64,000 nucleotides of DNA from contig NC_090348.1 in the NCBI RefSeq assembly GCF_035084215.1, positions 46,376,001 through 46,440,000 on the forward strand, in the 5' to 3' direction. The translations under genes were made by a program, and so were the position numbers. Origin of the DNA: Heptranchias perlo (Eukaryota). Below the pieces are notes generated by a model. It had not been told where the DNA came from. It made no database searches and worked only from the letters and a program-made list of their open reading frames with translations. This document shows, one piece after another, positions 9,476 to 22,139 of this stretch. Every line of letters begins with the position of its first letter. Positions within the stretch are counted from its first letter, which is position 1.

Positions 9476-11769
9476 TGATGACACTGGGGCAACATAGATA
9501 GATATTTGCCCTGTCCAAAATCAATCTCTTATTTACGAAAAACAACCTAGTTTTCCTGATTATGTATCACATTTGCCATTTTACTTCAAAATATTTCAAA
9601 TGACCACAATCACTAATCATAACTGCACACTTTCTCTCACCAAACTCCCTCTCATCTTATTACTGTATCCTGGATTCCACACTCAAGATCAGAGGATTAG
9701 TCTGGATGAGGAATGGCATTCGGGCCACCTTAGTTCATCCATCCAGAATAGCCCCAAACTTGCCCTATTGTGGCATCCAATTGGTTCTTAAATGATTCCA
9801 GGTATATATAAAAAACAGGAGTGTCATGCCCAATACAATTTGCTGTGATATAATAAAGACAGGACCATCATATCCATTAACACATTATGTTACTAGAAAT
9901 ACTAGTTGATCTTCCATTGCTTTGCTCATTGACAAATAAAAAGATTGTGCATCTCTTTCTATAACTGTTTCACCTACTATAGCAATTTGAATCTTTCCTC
10001 TTGTTGCTAAAGTTGAATTTTTTAACTTCTAATATTTCTGCAAGGTTAAATTCAGCTTTTTTCCTCAGTAATAAGCCTGAAACCAGGCTGACCACCAGAG
10101 TGAATTGGAATGTTAATGAGTAGACAAAGGTAGGCTCGTTGTATACAGTCTTAGACATTTCAGGCCACATGGAATGGGATCTCACCTGGTCCCTCAGGTT
10201 TTGCAGTCCTTGCAACACCTGAGGGACCAGGTGAGATCCCATCCCATTCCCAAAGCTGGGTAGGGCAGACATTTGGGAGCCTCCTGCTCACGCACTAAAG
10301 GGTAGGTGTTACCTCAGGATTGTAAACTCGGTGAGTCAAGCCCGCCATCTCACAGATTTAAGGGGAGGGCTCGCCCTCTCAGACACAGCTGTGGGCTAAC
10401 AGCAGAAGTAAGAAGATAAGCTAGAGGAAGGGAGCTAATATTCAAAGAATTAGTAAGTGGTGTCTTTATTGTTTTTCATAACTGAAGGAAGAGGAAAATT
10501 GATTTTTCTCACGGTGGATAACTCTATTCCATTCGTGTACTTTATGTAAAATAAACCTGTTGTTGGTTTGAAGTTGTACCCTGGTGCCAATAGAATGCTT
10601 TTCAGTCTTCCTGTGAACAGAGGAGAGCACACCTGGCAGCATCGTTGATAGTTCAGGAGTTGGTACACAGAGCAAGGATTCTCTGTAATGATCCCTGCGC
10701 TATGCTATTGTTTAATCAGATATTGGGCAGTAAAAGGTACACTTCGGATTGTAGGGGACGTGAAATACCACTTACCGTGAACACGAGAGAATGTCAAAAC
10801 TCAAAATTGTGACACCTACTCTATAATTCTTTCTGTGTCACACTCTCTGTGCATTTGTTTGAGTCTTTCTCTCTCTGTAAGGCTCTCACACAGGTTTCTC
10901 GTGTGATGTCTGTATCTCTCCATTTGTGCCCCAGTATTTTTCTCACTCTTTCTCTAGCACTGATCTCTCCTTCCTTCTGTCTCCTCTCTCTTCTATTTGT
11001 CTCCCTTTGTCTCTGTTTGATTTTCACACGTACTCAATTTCCATATCTTGCCTTTTTTTAACACCACAAGGGTATTCAACAAGATTGGAACCAGAGTCAT
11101 AGGTGGGGGCACCAGGATAGGGTGGGGGTAAGGTGTCCAGAAGTTGCTCCAAGACATGAGGTGAGGAAGAAACTGGGGGGGGTTAATGTCGGGTGGTTGG
11201 GCTCAGGGGAGGTCAGAGTGCGGGGACTGAGGCCTTAGGTTGGTGTATAGGAATGAGTGAGATGGATGTGAATGGGTGATGGCTGGGAGGGGGTGTGTGA
11301 CCTCTGGATGTGGAATGGGAGCAGTGCGGGTGGTACCAACCCTGATCGTACTCGGTGTAGGATGTATGAGTTTAGCAAGGCTGCGAATTAGAGCTTTCAG
11401 GAGAATGGGGTCTAGGGAAGGCTGCATTAGGGTTAGGGTTAGGAACATGGTGGTAGTGGAGGAAGGAGGCCGGAGCTTGGGGCCTGGAAATACTGGTGGG
11501 GCGGGGGGAGGGTGCGGGGTTCAGGTGTGCTAGAGTCTGAGAGCACTCAGGGGGCTGAGTTGTGGGAGTATTGGGTGAACTGAGACCTGGAACTGCCAGG
11601 CAGGCTAAAGTCTGTATCTGGTCCGGTGAGCGTTCATTGGGAGGAGGAGGGAGGGGAAAAGCCCCGCAGCAGTGGAAGCAGAGGCGATGACAGGAGCAGG
11701 GAGATGACTGGGAGCTGATGGTCATGTGCACCAAGAAGACAGAGTGAGTGATGACTGGGGAGCAATACA

Positions 11770-12200
11770 CAGGAACAGGGAGGAGGTCATTCAGCCCCTT
11801 GAGCCTATCCCGCCATTCAATTAGATCATGGCTGATCTGTTTCTTAGCTCCATCTACCCGCCTTCTTTCTGTAACCTTTAATACCCTTGCCTAACAAACA
11901 TTTCTCAATCTCAGTTTTGAAATTTTCAATTGATCCCCAGTCTCAACAGCTTTTTGGGGAAAGAGAGTTTGAGATTTCCATTACCCTTTTGTGTGAAGAA
12001 GTGCTTTTTGATATCACCCCTGAACAGCCTGAGAGGAGGCTGATCTAGGGGAATGCTTGTGCAGGCGTTTGTAAGATAGGTGTGGGGACAGGGCAGGAAA
12101 GTGGAGTTGAGGTCGAAGATGAGCCATGATCTTATTGAATGGCGGAGCAGGCTCGAGGAGCCATATGGCCTACTCCTACTCCTATTTCTTATGTTCTTAA
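11770..12200. mobile_element. Two CR1 3' fragments in opposite orientation
   Basis: Minus-strand tail at about 11770-12030 and plus-strand tail at about 12035-12200 (GGCCTACTCCTACTCCTATTTCTTATGTTCTTA). Confidence 0.7.
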
Positions 12201-14134
12201 GCATAGGTAAGTTTAGTGACTTTTTTCAGCATTGTTTAATTGCTTATATATTTATTTTATTATAAATTTTAATTTTAGGGAATATCGGGGTTTGAGCAGG
12301 AAATCAACATTGATGCTCAAAAGGTGTCTGAATTTTTTCCTGGAATTTGATTGGGTGCTTTGTGTGACGATTCCAGTTGTTCACTGCCTGTGTTATCGGA
12401 AATGGAAAATTTTTATAAAAAGATGTGAAATTTTCTCTTTTAAATTTTCTCTGCTCTGTGGACATTTCTTTGCCCTTGTGGCGCCAGACAGAAAACGTTT
12501 AATTAGATTGATAGATAAAATTGCTAATGTTGGAAATATGAAATGAAAAAAAAACAGAAAATGCATCTGTGAAGAGAAAAGTGGGTCAACATTTCAGGTA
12601 GGCAGTCACTCCTCATCCAAACTAGATGAATAGAGATTCAGGATCATCATATCAAATAAGACAAAGTGTATCATAGATAAAGGAATGTTGCACCACTGGA
12701 ACAGTTACCTAGAACCTGGGTGTTTTCCCAGCTCTTTGACTGTGGGGAGCATCACAACGAGGTCCCATTTGTTCTCACTCAATGTCTACAGAGCAATCTT
12801 TAGCAGAGGATCATTGGATACCAATCAACAGGGGAGGAATCCTGTTGATTTTTGTTCTCCTCCCTACCCTGGGGATACTGAGGTAAATTGTGATGCCCCC
12901 GTTACTGGGCCCGGTTGAGATCAGCTAATTCTGCACCAAGCGTGGACCTAACTTGAGACCTCCCGGTCAGTAAGGCTCAGTACCACACCAGAATGGGTGC
13001 ACATTATCCCTTGAGCGATTGGGGGAAGCAATGTTTAATCCCATACAAGTCCAATTTACATTTATATCACGTACAATGGTTTTTGTATGAACTTACAATC
13101 CTTTACTTTGGAGGACATTATTAATTCAACAGGGAAGCCATAATATATTCAACCGATCTTAGATTTCATTTTACATCTTACCTTGAATTAATAAACGCAA
13201 GGGATTACATCTAATCTGTGAGATATCACCACTGGATGCACAATTTTCATGATATCACAGCAATTCCCCCCATGACATCACAAAGCAGTCTTCAGTGATT
13301 GAAATACTAACATCAGAATCAATAAATTTGTTAATTCACCATTCAATGAGCACCCTTAGCAGTGTGAATAGGACATGCGATGCTCCAATTGCACTGCACT
13401 ACATACCTACTTAGCTGAGACCGGAGACCAATGACTGCATCCAAATTATACAATGGGCTGCAAACCATACTCTTAATGGGTTGGAGGGAGCTCTACATGT
13501 GTTCATGTGCATTCACAGAGTTCTGCTCCTGGCTGGTGAATTTTGAATATTTTGTGAGCTCAACTGGAGCATAAACACCGGCACAGACCAGTTGGGCCAA
13601 ATGGCCTGTTTCTGTGCTGTACATTCTATGTAATGGCATAAGTTTGGCTCAGTTTGGATTATTCTTGCTTCGCACCAAACTAGGCTGACATTCCAGTGCA
13701 GTACTGTGGGAATGCTGCATTGTTGGAAGTGCCATCCTCAGGATGAGGCATTAGGCCAAGGTCACATTTGCCTGTTCAGGAGGATGTTAAAGATCCCGTG
13801 GCATTATTTGAAGAACAGCAGAGAGTTCTTTCTCACAGTGTCCTGTGCAACATTCCCTCCTCAAACAATACCAATGATAAAGAACAGATTCAGTGATCAT
13901 CTCACGTGAAAAGTAAAATACCGCAGTTGCTGGAAATCTAGAAGAAAAAAAAAAGAAACCTGTTGGAAAAACTCAAAAGGATGATCAGCATCTACGGAGA
14001 GAACGGACAAGTTAATGTTTCAGTTGTGGATCTTTCACCAGAACTGAACTGAAGGGTCAGCGGGGGATCTGCAGCAGTACAGAGAAAGTTCAAGGACAAA
14101 GATATTTCTATTTTTGCAGATTCCTACCAGTAAA

Positions 14135-14522
14135 AAGAAAAGAAAGGCCTGCATTTATATAGCACCTTTCACAACCTCAGGAAGTACGGTCAGTGTTGTA
14201 ATGTAGGAAATGCGGCAGCCAACTTGCGCACAGCAAGGTCCCACAAACAGCAATGTGATAATGACCAATCTGTTTTTTAGTGATGTTGGTTGAGTGATCT
14301 GCTACTCTTCTTTGAAATAGTGCCATGGGATCTTTTATGTCCACTTGAGAGGGCAGATGGGGCCTTGGTTTAACATCACATCAGAAAGACGGCACCTCCT
14401 ACAGTGCAGCACTCCCCCTGGAGTGTCAGCCTGGATTATGTGCTCAAGTCTCTGGAGTGGGACTTGAACTGATGATCTTCTGACTCAGAGGCGAAAGTGC
14501 TATCAGCTGAGCCACAGCTGAC
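14135..14522 (-). mobile_element. SacSINE1-like SINE
   Basis: Reverse complement of the 8540-8998 family, with head at 14522 and tail at 14135. Confidence 0.78.
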
Positions 14523-16213
14523 AGCCAAGTAACAGCAAGAAAGTCTCAATGATGGCAGCCAAAATGTGCAAGGCCCTACCGGGCATGGGGGAGGGACTGG
14601 CTGGTGCCGGGTGAGTGCTGGTTCATGCCAATCACCCGAGCCAGGAAATTCATGGGTACTTCTCCCCTTACAGGTGCCCTGCCCTCTCTTCCCCAGAACA
14701 CTGACAGGCTCTCCCCACATCACAAGCACCCTGTTTGGTCTGGATGGTTCAGTTGCACATGGGGCAGGATCTTTAACCAATTAGGTACCAGCGAAGCCAA
14801 AGTTTGATAGTGTCTAAGTGTCTCAGTCATGTGATACGATCACTCGGAGTCACCATTATAGTGTAGCAGATGTAGATCGTGATTTAGGCTTACGTTCAGA
14901 TTTCTTTCAAAATCTGTGACTAGTTGATCTCCTATTGTGTTGCTCATGGACAAAAGTAAAAACAAAATGTGTGTCCCTTTTCTACTGTGACTGTCTCTTC
15001 CTGTCTCTCACTCTAATTCTTTCCGTCTCCCTCTTTCTCTCTGTATAGCTCTCATACACTTTGTCTCATTGTTGTTTCTTTATTCATCTGTTTGTCCATA
15101 ACTCTTTTTCTCATCCTTCCTCTCTCTTGATTATTCATCTGTGGAGGTCTTCACAGTTATCACATTCTACAAGATTTCCCTTTTAAACAAAGTCATATGA
15201 TCTTGCCGTGAACCAGGTAGAACTGCAGTGACAGTGATTGTGAGTGTTGCTGTAAAGGTTATACATGTATCCACAAATGTTACTTTCCCTGATCTCATTC
15301 CTGATAATTTTATATATGCAATAATACCTCCACCCAGGGCCCCCAATAGGAAAATTGCCCCTATTGCAAACTCTACTATTTTGGCAATGCAGCTCAACAT
15401 TCTGCTTCCTTTGTCAATTGCTGCTCTGCAATAACTGGAAACGGTAAATGTCAATTCTATCATTCCCAGATCTCTTTCAGTCGCTCCCCAAGCCAGTTCA
15501 TCACAACCTCCATTTTTCCTGCAATTTGCAACAACTTGAACTTATCTGTGCTGAACTTTACTTGCTGTTGTCATGCACACTTGCAAATTTTTTCTAAGTC
15601 CTTCTGGTGGTCCATGGCTGCTTCATCAGACTCAACTATCCTCCCTAATTTAGTATCATCTGTCAATTTAACCAACTTGTATTGCATTTCTGAAAAGAAA
15701 GATTTGAAAGACTTGCATTTATATAACGCCTTTCACGACCTCAGGATGTCCCCAAAGCACTTTACAACCAATGAAGTATTTTTTTTAAAGTGTAGCCACT
15801 GTTGTAACTTGGGGAAACGCAGCAGCCAATTTGCGCACAGCAAGGTCCCACAAACAGAAATGTGATAAATGACCAGATAATCTGTTTTAGTGATGTTGGT
15901 TGAATCCAGATCATTTATACAGATTAGGAACAACAAGAGCTCCAGCGTTAATCCACTCATATCATTACATTTATTAGATTTTTCCTATACAGAACTCAGA
16001 ATTCTATAAACATTATTATTGCAAGTTCTTTGTTTCTTCACGAGAGAAGTGATCCCTCTCATGCTGTTTCGGTAATGAGCAGCGTTAAGGGCGTCACTTC
16101 ACGCCTCTCACTCTACCGCTTAGTGAGTGTGTGGCAGGGAAAGCCTGGGGGAGGGAGGGAAGGCCCCAATGGAAAGATGCATTTTGACCATTTTAAATTT
16201 GATTCAAATCCAG

Positions 16214-16383
16214 GTGACCAGACGAGGAAACCGCGTGGACATCCACAACATCCCAACACTCCTGACCCTGGGAATAACCGCCTCCGTTCCATTCTTACCC
16301 CTCCCAAATATCTTGATCATTGCCAGCAGAGACACTGAATCCAAAGGAACAGAGGGAGAAGAAGGATACATGAAGATAACCAG
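16214..16383 (+). CDS. FAM71/GARIN-family gene, coding exon 2
   Basis: ccAG acceptor and GTgact donor; 170 nt, phase 0 to 2; VTRRGNRVDIHNIPTLLTLGITASVPFLPLPNILIIA, compared with FAM71 [37 protein letters not shown]. Confidence 0.88.
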
Positions 16384-16487
16384 GTGACTGTGAGAGAGAT
16401 GGTTTTTCTAAATTAGTGGCCAGCTCTCTGATGACTCGGTTGGTGAATGCAGTACTCAGCGCAGAACTGAGCCGTATGGTTCTGATG

Positions 16488-16805
16488 TGGAGAGGTTGAT
16501 TCTCAAGGCTGGAGAATATAGAACTAGGGATCGGCCATTTAAGACTGAGATGAGGAGGAATTTCTTCACTCAGAGAGTTGTGAATCTTTGGAATTCTCTA
16601 CCCCAGAGGGCTGTGGATGCTGAGTAGTTGAATATATTCGAGGCTGAGATAGATAGATCACTGGACTCTAGGGGAATCAAGGGATATGGGGATCTGGCAG
16701 GAAAGTGGAGTTGAGGTCGAAGATCAGCCATGATCTGATTGAATGGCAGAACAGGCTCGAGGGGCTGTGTGGCCTCCTCCTGCTCTTATTATTTCTGTTC
16801 TTATG
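16488..16805 (+). mobile_element. CR1 3' end inserted into an older SINE
   Basis: TTCTTCACTCAGAGAGTTGTGAATCTTTGGAATTC (FFTQRVVNLWNS) plus CR1 tail; SINE sequence continues on both sides (16420-16480 and 16810-16950). Confidence 0.75.
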
Positions 16806-17858
16806 GATTAGCAAGGTTCCAGTCCTGATTCCCATGGGAATAGGGGTGCTACAATTAGCCTTAGTGCTCCTAGGCTACGGAGGGAGGAATAAAATCAGCC
16901 AGGGTTCCTCCTCCTAATCGCTAACCTTTTCTGGGAAATCTGTGTGTGAGATTGTTCATATGTTTTACTAAAGGATGGAGTCTAGAAATTACTGTTGTCA
17001 ATATGAGCAGATGAATGCTTAATGCTCTTGTTTGACTATATTAACACAGGCATTAATTTGTTCATTTTAAATGGGTTAACTCCTCTGTTAAGGAGGAGGA
17101 CAAGAGGAACATTACACATAATAGAAGAGGGACAATGGACACAGAGAGTGGTAATTCTTGGCAATCTATATGCAATAATACCTGCCCCACCCCAAGATAA
17201 AATCCGTCCCAATACTCCACTGTTTTGGCAATGCAGCCTATATGTGCTCTTGGCAAATATCTCTAACTAATAAATAAAGGGGAGAAATCTTCCAGCACCA
17301 TTATGGCACCGGGAGTGTGGCAGGGAGGAACTTCAGCCCACCGCGGTGACCCTATCCCACAACCAAGGAACAGAGCTATTTAAATAATAGGGAGAGCTGC
17401 TCTCACCTGTACAGTGCAACAGAGGCACCTGCCCCCACTTAGGCACTGGAATCTCGAAGTGGCACTGTATGGCAAATCCATATGGCTCAGTACTGTGCAG
17501 AGTACTGCATTCGCCAACTGAGTAAGTAACAGAAGGGCCAGTCTGTAATGGTAATCAATCCCGCACAGTTGGATTGTTCAGTACTGGGGCTTTCACTGCT
17601 CTCAGCAGACATAGTTCACTGGGCCGATCAAGAGTCTGTCGAGCAGGATTCCTGGGGTAGCACGGAAGTACCTCCAGACATCCCTGAAGTGCTGCCCCAA
17701 TGTAGCTGACCTTGTACCTCATCATCTCTCCTACCATGTCCAATCTTGGTGGTGTCCTGGGCTATGGGCCTTGGCCCTTCTGTTAGATTTGTCCAAAAAC
17801 AAAAATCTAGTTTAAAAAAGTATCAAAAGAAAGATTTCTTTTTTTTTGTCTTTGAAAG

Positions 17859-18342
17859 GATGCTTCCCATGAAGTTGGTCAGATTGAGTGTCCATGAAAA
17901 GGTCAGTCGATGTTTGAAGCTGGTCCTGGCCAATCGAAGCACCTTCTACCTCCAGCTCCAGGACAAGCACCCCAACCACGTCTTCAAGCTCTGGGAAGAA
18001 CTTATTCACATCATTTACGCCGGACTCTCTATAACATTCAAAGATTCCAACATCAACCTCCCCAAGGCCTCCCTGTGTGACTCGAGGAGCTCCTCGTCCT
18101 CAGTCATCAGCTCTGAGAAATTCACCTACGAGACTCAGAAACCCTGCCGAAACATTCCCATCAGGAGCAACGTTACAGCAAATTCTAAAATAGGATTTTG
18201 GAAAAGGAACCAGTTCTTGGTTGGGAAGGAGACTAACGATGGCTCTGATGATGTTCACAGCACCGAATCGTCAGGGAGCACTCTCAGGTCACAGCCGACT
18301 TATGGAAAGAGCAATGTCAAAGTCTTCAGGAAAGACTGGTAA
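17859..18342 (+). CDS. FAM71/GARIN-family gene, coding exon 3 (DUF3699 C-terminal half plus Ser-rich tail); total protein about 281 aa
   Basis: Long pyrimidine tract and AG acceptor; phase 2 completes Arg; MLPMKLVRLSVHEKVSRCLKLVLANRSTFYLQL..VFKLWEELIHII, compared with FAM71 LLPLKFVKLSVHD..LKLATGRTFYLQL..LFCYWEKLIYLL; TAA at 18340-18342. Confidence 0.87.
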
Positions 18343-21300
18343 GGAAACCTTAGAATAGAATGTTCCAGCACAGAATTCAGGCCTTTTGCCAATGTTTTTC
18401 TCCATCTGCCACTTCGAATTATAGAATCATACAGCAAATTTCTGGCTGATTTCAGAGTTCAAATTCCCTGCAATACAGAGTGGGCTAAGACACCACCTAG
18501 TGTCCTGAGCCACTGTTACGGATTCGGGCCTACTGTAGATACCTTTTCGGATTCAGTGGAGTCAGTTGCTCCCTTAAGCAGTCTGAGCATCTTACTGTTT
18601 TGGCAGTTGACTTGCACTACTTTTTATGTACTTGTACAATAGCACAAGCCAGGGTTGTAACAAAAGCATCCCTTTGGACTAGATACTTAGTTTTTTGCAC
18701 TGCGGTCCTTCAATCTCTCCCAAGGCAGGCCGAGTTAGCACTAGATGAAACAGCTTAAATTGTGAGCTGTTTTATTCCACTGTAACGTGAAATGTACAGA
18801 ACAACCAGTGTAATAAGAGTCATTTAGTTTAACTGGTATAACTTAAGAGTCGCATAATGATACAAAATAAAGAACATGCAATGCTATCCGACTTTGGTGG
18901 TATATCTTAATTGACTTATACAGAATAACCCCTCTGCATTCTTCCCTACAGACCTGTGACACAACCTTCTGCTGCCTGATTGCCGAGGCACTGTCCTGTT
19001 TCCAAAAGCTAGACTGCTTCTTGATGTCTATGCTCTGGTCTTTAAAAGCCTTTGTCACTGTATCAAAAAGAGCCTGTCCCTCTCACAGTCCAACAGAGAT
19101 CAAAGGGTTTTACAACACAGTGGTGTGAGGTGTTTTTTCTCAATATCAAGACAAACCATTGGTATTGCAAAAAGCTACTGAACACTTGGTCGGCCCTCTT
19201 AAGCTCTCCCTCTTTGGCTTGGCATCCGTTTTTTCTAATGCCTGAGTGAAACATCTTGGGACATTTTTCCCCATCAAAGGGACTCTATAGATGTAAGCTG
19301 ATTAAGTAAATAAATGCTTACATAAATGTTCACAAAGTATAATGCTAAAAGGAGTTGGTGTGTATCAATAGCTACATGCTCAGTGCCTCCTCCCCCATTG
19401 AACTGCAATCATCTGTACATGTGCAGGTGATTAAATGTGTCCATCAGTACAAAGAAATAAAGTGCTCAGTGTGTCAAAAAGGGAAAGCATCTGTGCACGT
19501 CACACCAGAACTATAATACGGGGGGTGACGATGTTTCCAGCTTTTAACAGGCTCTTCCTTAATTTTGGAGTTCATCTTTCAGGGAATAATTATCAGGTTT
19601 AATTGGTTTACCCCAAAATCAGAAGGCAGCCGAACATACCATGCAAATATCTGCCACCCCTCGATTGATAACCACTACAAGTGGCTTTCACTCTGGCACA
19701 GAAAGATGCTCAGCTATCTCGCAGTTTGGCACAGACTTTACAAATGATTACCAGTCTGACACTGCAAAAGATGCTGCAAATAGCAGCCAGTCTAGCACTG
19801 ATAGACATTGTAAATAGCTACCAATGTGATAGACATTGCAAATGGTGCCATTATGGCACTGCAAATGGCTACCCATTAATGTTGATAAGCTTTAATTTGA
19901 GAAAGCCTCTCTTCAGGCAAGTGTTGACAAAGTCTTCTCCAATCAATTTGTGTCAGAATGATACTACAATGTGTTTCCATCAGGGTCCCTGATACTCAGG
20001 AGCCTCAAAGAATACGGACAAGAACTGAACAATTGCTAGATGTAAAAGAAGAGAAAAGCCCAGGTACCAGAGAAGACAGTGTTTACATCTAAACTCAGCT
20101 TTCTGTTAGTGAGGCCTGCGAGGAGGGTGGGGTCTGAATAGTTGTGTGTCTGTGTGCATAGCTACAAGTCATAAGAATGTGTGTGTGTGTTCTGACTTAC
20201 ACACTACTTTCGACTTTAAATTGTACTTTCCCAGGACCTCAAAAATGTGCAACTTTTCACCTCCCTTGGTCTCCTCTTCCTCCAATGATCAACCATAATT
20301 TACTTAATATTCTGCCCTACCTTTCTTAATTTCACGCTGTCCTGCAGTCTGAGTCTTGGTCCTTCAGTTAAGTTTATATCAAGTGTAAAAGAAACTGTGA
20401 AGACATGCGAGGTTACTTGTGTGAGCTTACATGTGAAGATGCTTATGAATGTACGCAAGAGGATAGGTGTGATGGGGTATGTGACGACTGTCATCTCTTT
20501 GCTTGTGTCCGTTTCTATGTCTCTATAACTGTATTTGTAGCTCTGTACGTGTTGTGCCACTGTTTGTCTAAGGCATTATTCCACCCAGTCATGCCAATAC
20601 AGTAATACCCTTGTATTCTCATTCCCAAACAGTGAGCTTCAATCCAAATTAAAATTTATGACATTCAGGGCCATTGCTAAGATGAAATGGGATGACTGTT
20701 CTGTTGTCTAAGCTATGTTGGGTCAGTGGGCATTGCACATGTGTGTAGAATATTGAAGAAAGTCATTGAGCCATTGGAGGAGCAAATCAATCAGTAAATG
20801 CCCAGTGAGATACTGAGCCATACAGACTAAGTCCCAGGTTGAGTCCACTCTGTGATCTCAATCCAGGTTGGTGGTCAGTAACCCTGGGCTAAGGAAGTGA
20901 AAAATCAATCGGACTTGCTGTTCTTGACCTATATCTAGCGAGCTCAGCTGGAAATTGTATGTGTATGGGTGAGAACAGTATCAGGCTCGGCTGCAATACT
21001 CTCTACAGTTCAATAATCTACTGACACTCACCGTTGAGGGTGACACATGAATAATGCCCATTTCAGAGTGGTACTGGAGGGGAGCAGGTGCCAGCAAGGG
21101 CCCTGTGTCTGGAGAGGAGCAGAGAATGCTGGTGGAAAAAAAGAAATTCTGTGTATATATAACAATATATTAAAATATTATATATAGTACAGAATAAATG
21201 GTGGTTATGAATTCTTCTGCTAGCTCAGCATAAATTCTCTTCCGGTATCACTGCTACTTCCTGTCACATAACATGATTTACTGAAGGTGGTATATCATAA

Positions 21301-22139
21301 ATGTTGTTGGATCGCTAATCTTGTCACATCACATCACAATCGCCATTACCACTGAAGACTGTCGTGGTGGACAACGGCAGACATTACAGGCAGGTTCGAG
21401 TTTAATTACTGTCAATCTCTGTCGATTTAAAGTCAACATGGTATGTTATTAAAACAGAGGTTGTGTTGGAGTGAGTTATGAGATGTTACACAGTCTCAGG
21501 GTTCAGGCCACTTTCACAAGCAACTCATTATTTGTTCCTGTGGCTCATGATGTCCTCAGAACTTCTCATCGTGACACACTCCTTGAGTAATTTATTATTG
21601 TTTTGTGTGAATTATTTTATGTTACCATTGACCATTCCAAGACCCAGGTACAGGACAGCTTAGGTACAAAGTGAAACTTTCTGTACATATCCCCAATGAG
21701 CTTGTTGGTTAGATCGCTACACCAGAACTCGAATGCATGATCTCGGCTGATACATCAATGCAATACTGAGAAGTGTTACATTCTTAGAGAGGAGTGTATG
21801 CAGACGTACGCACTCTACTTTCTCCCCTTTGGGGCAGCAAATCACTTGTTGCAGTGTGAACTCGTATTGAAACAACTAATTTGCTGGCATAATGGGTCTG
21901 GTTAGTAGATCACTGCTGCCCCTCTCACCACTGGGATCAGCAGCAGCTGAGTGCTTAAAACCAGGAATGAACTCTGCCACACGCTGCAAGTGGGGGTTCC
22001 TGGTCCCGTGCTAGTTTTTTGTCAGTTTGCTTCTAGAGCGAAGTGGCAGTGTTGGTTAGGGGCAGGGTGAACAAGGCCAACCAGGGCTATTCATCCTCCC
22101 ATTGTCTCCTTCCTCTTTTTAGAGATGGGTCAAAGCTTC

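Noticed and set aside
11100-11770. G-rich tract with about three TTAGGG units and Pro/His-rich ORFs
   Set aside because: Low-complexity sequence; too few telomeric units to call an interstitial telomere, and no splice support.
20405-20605. Cys-rich 66-aa ORF resembling an LDLa or toxin-like peptide
   Set aside because: Cys and Val richness follows from TG-rich low complexity; no signal peptide or splice structure.
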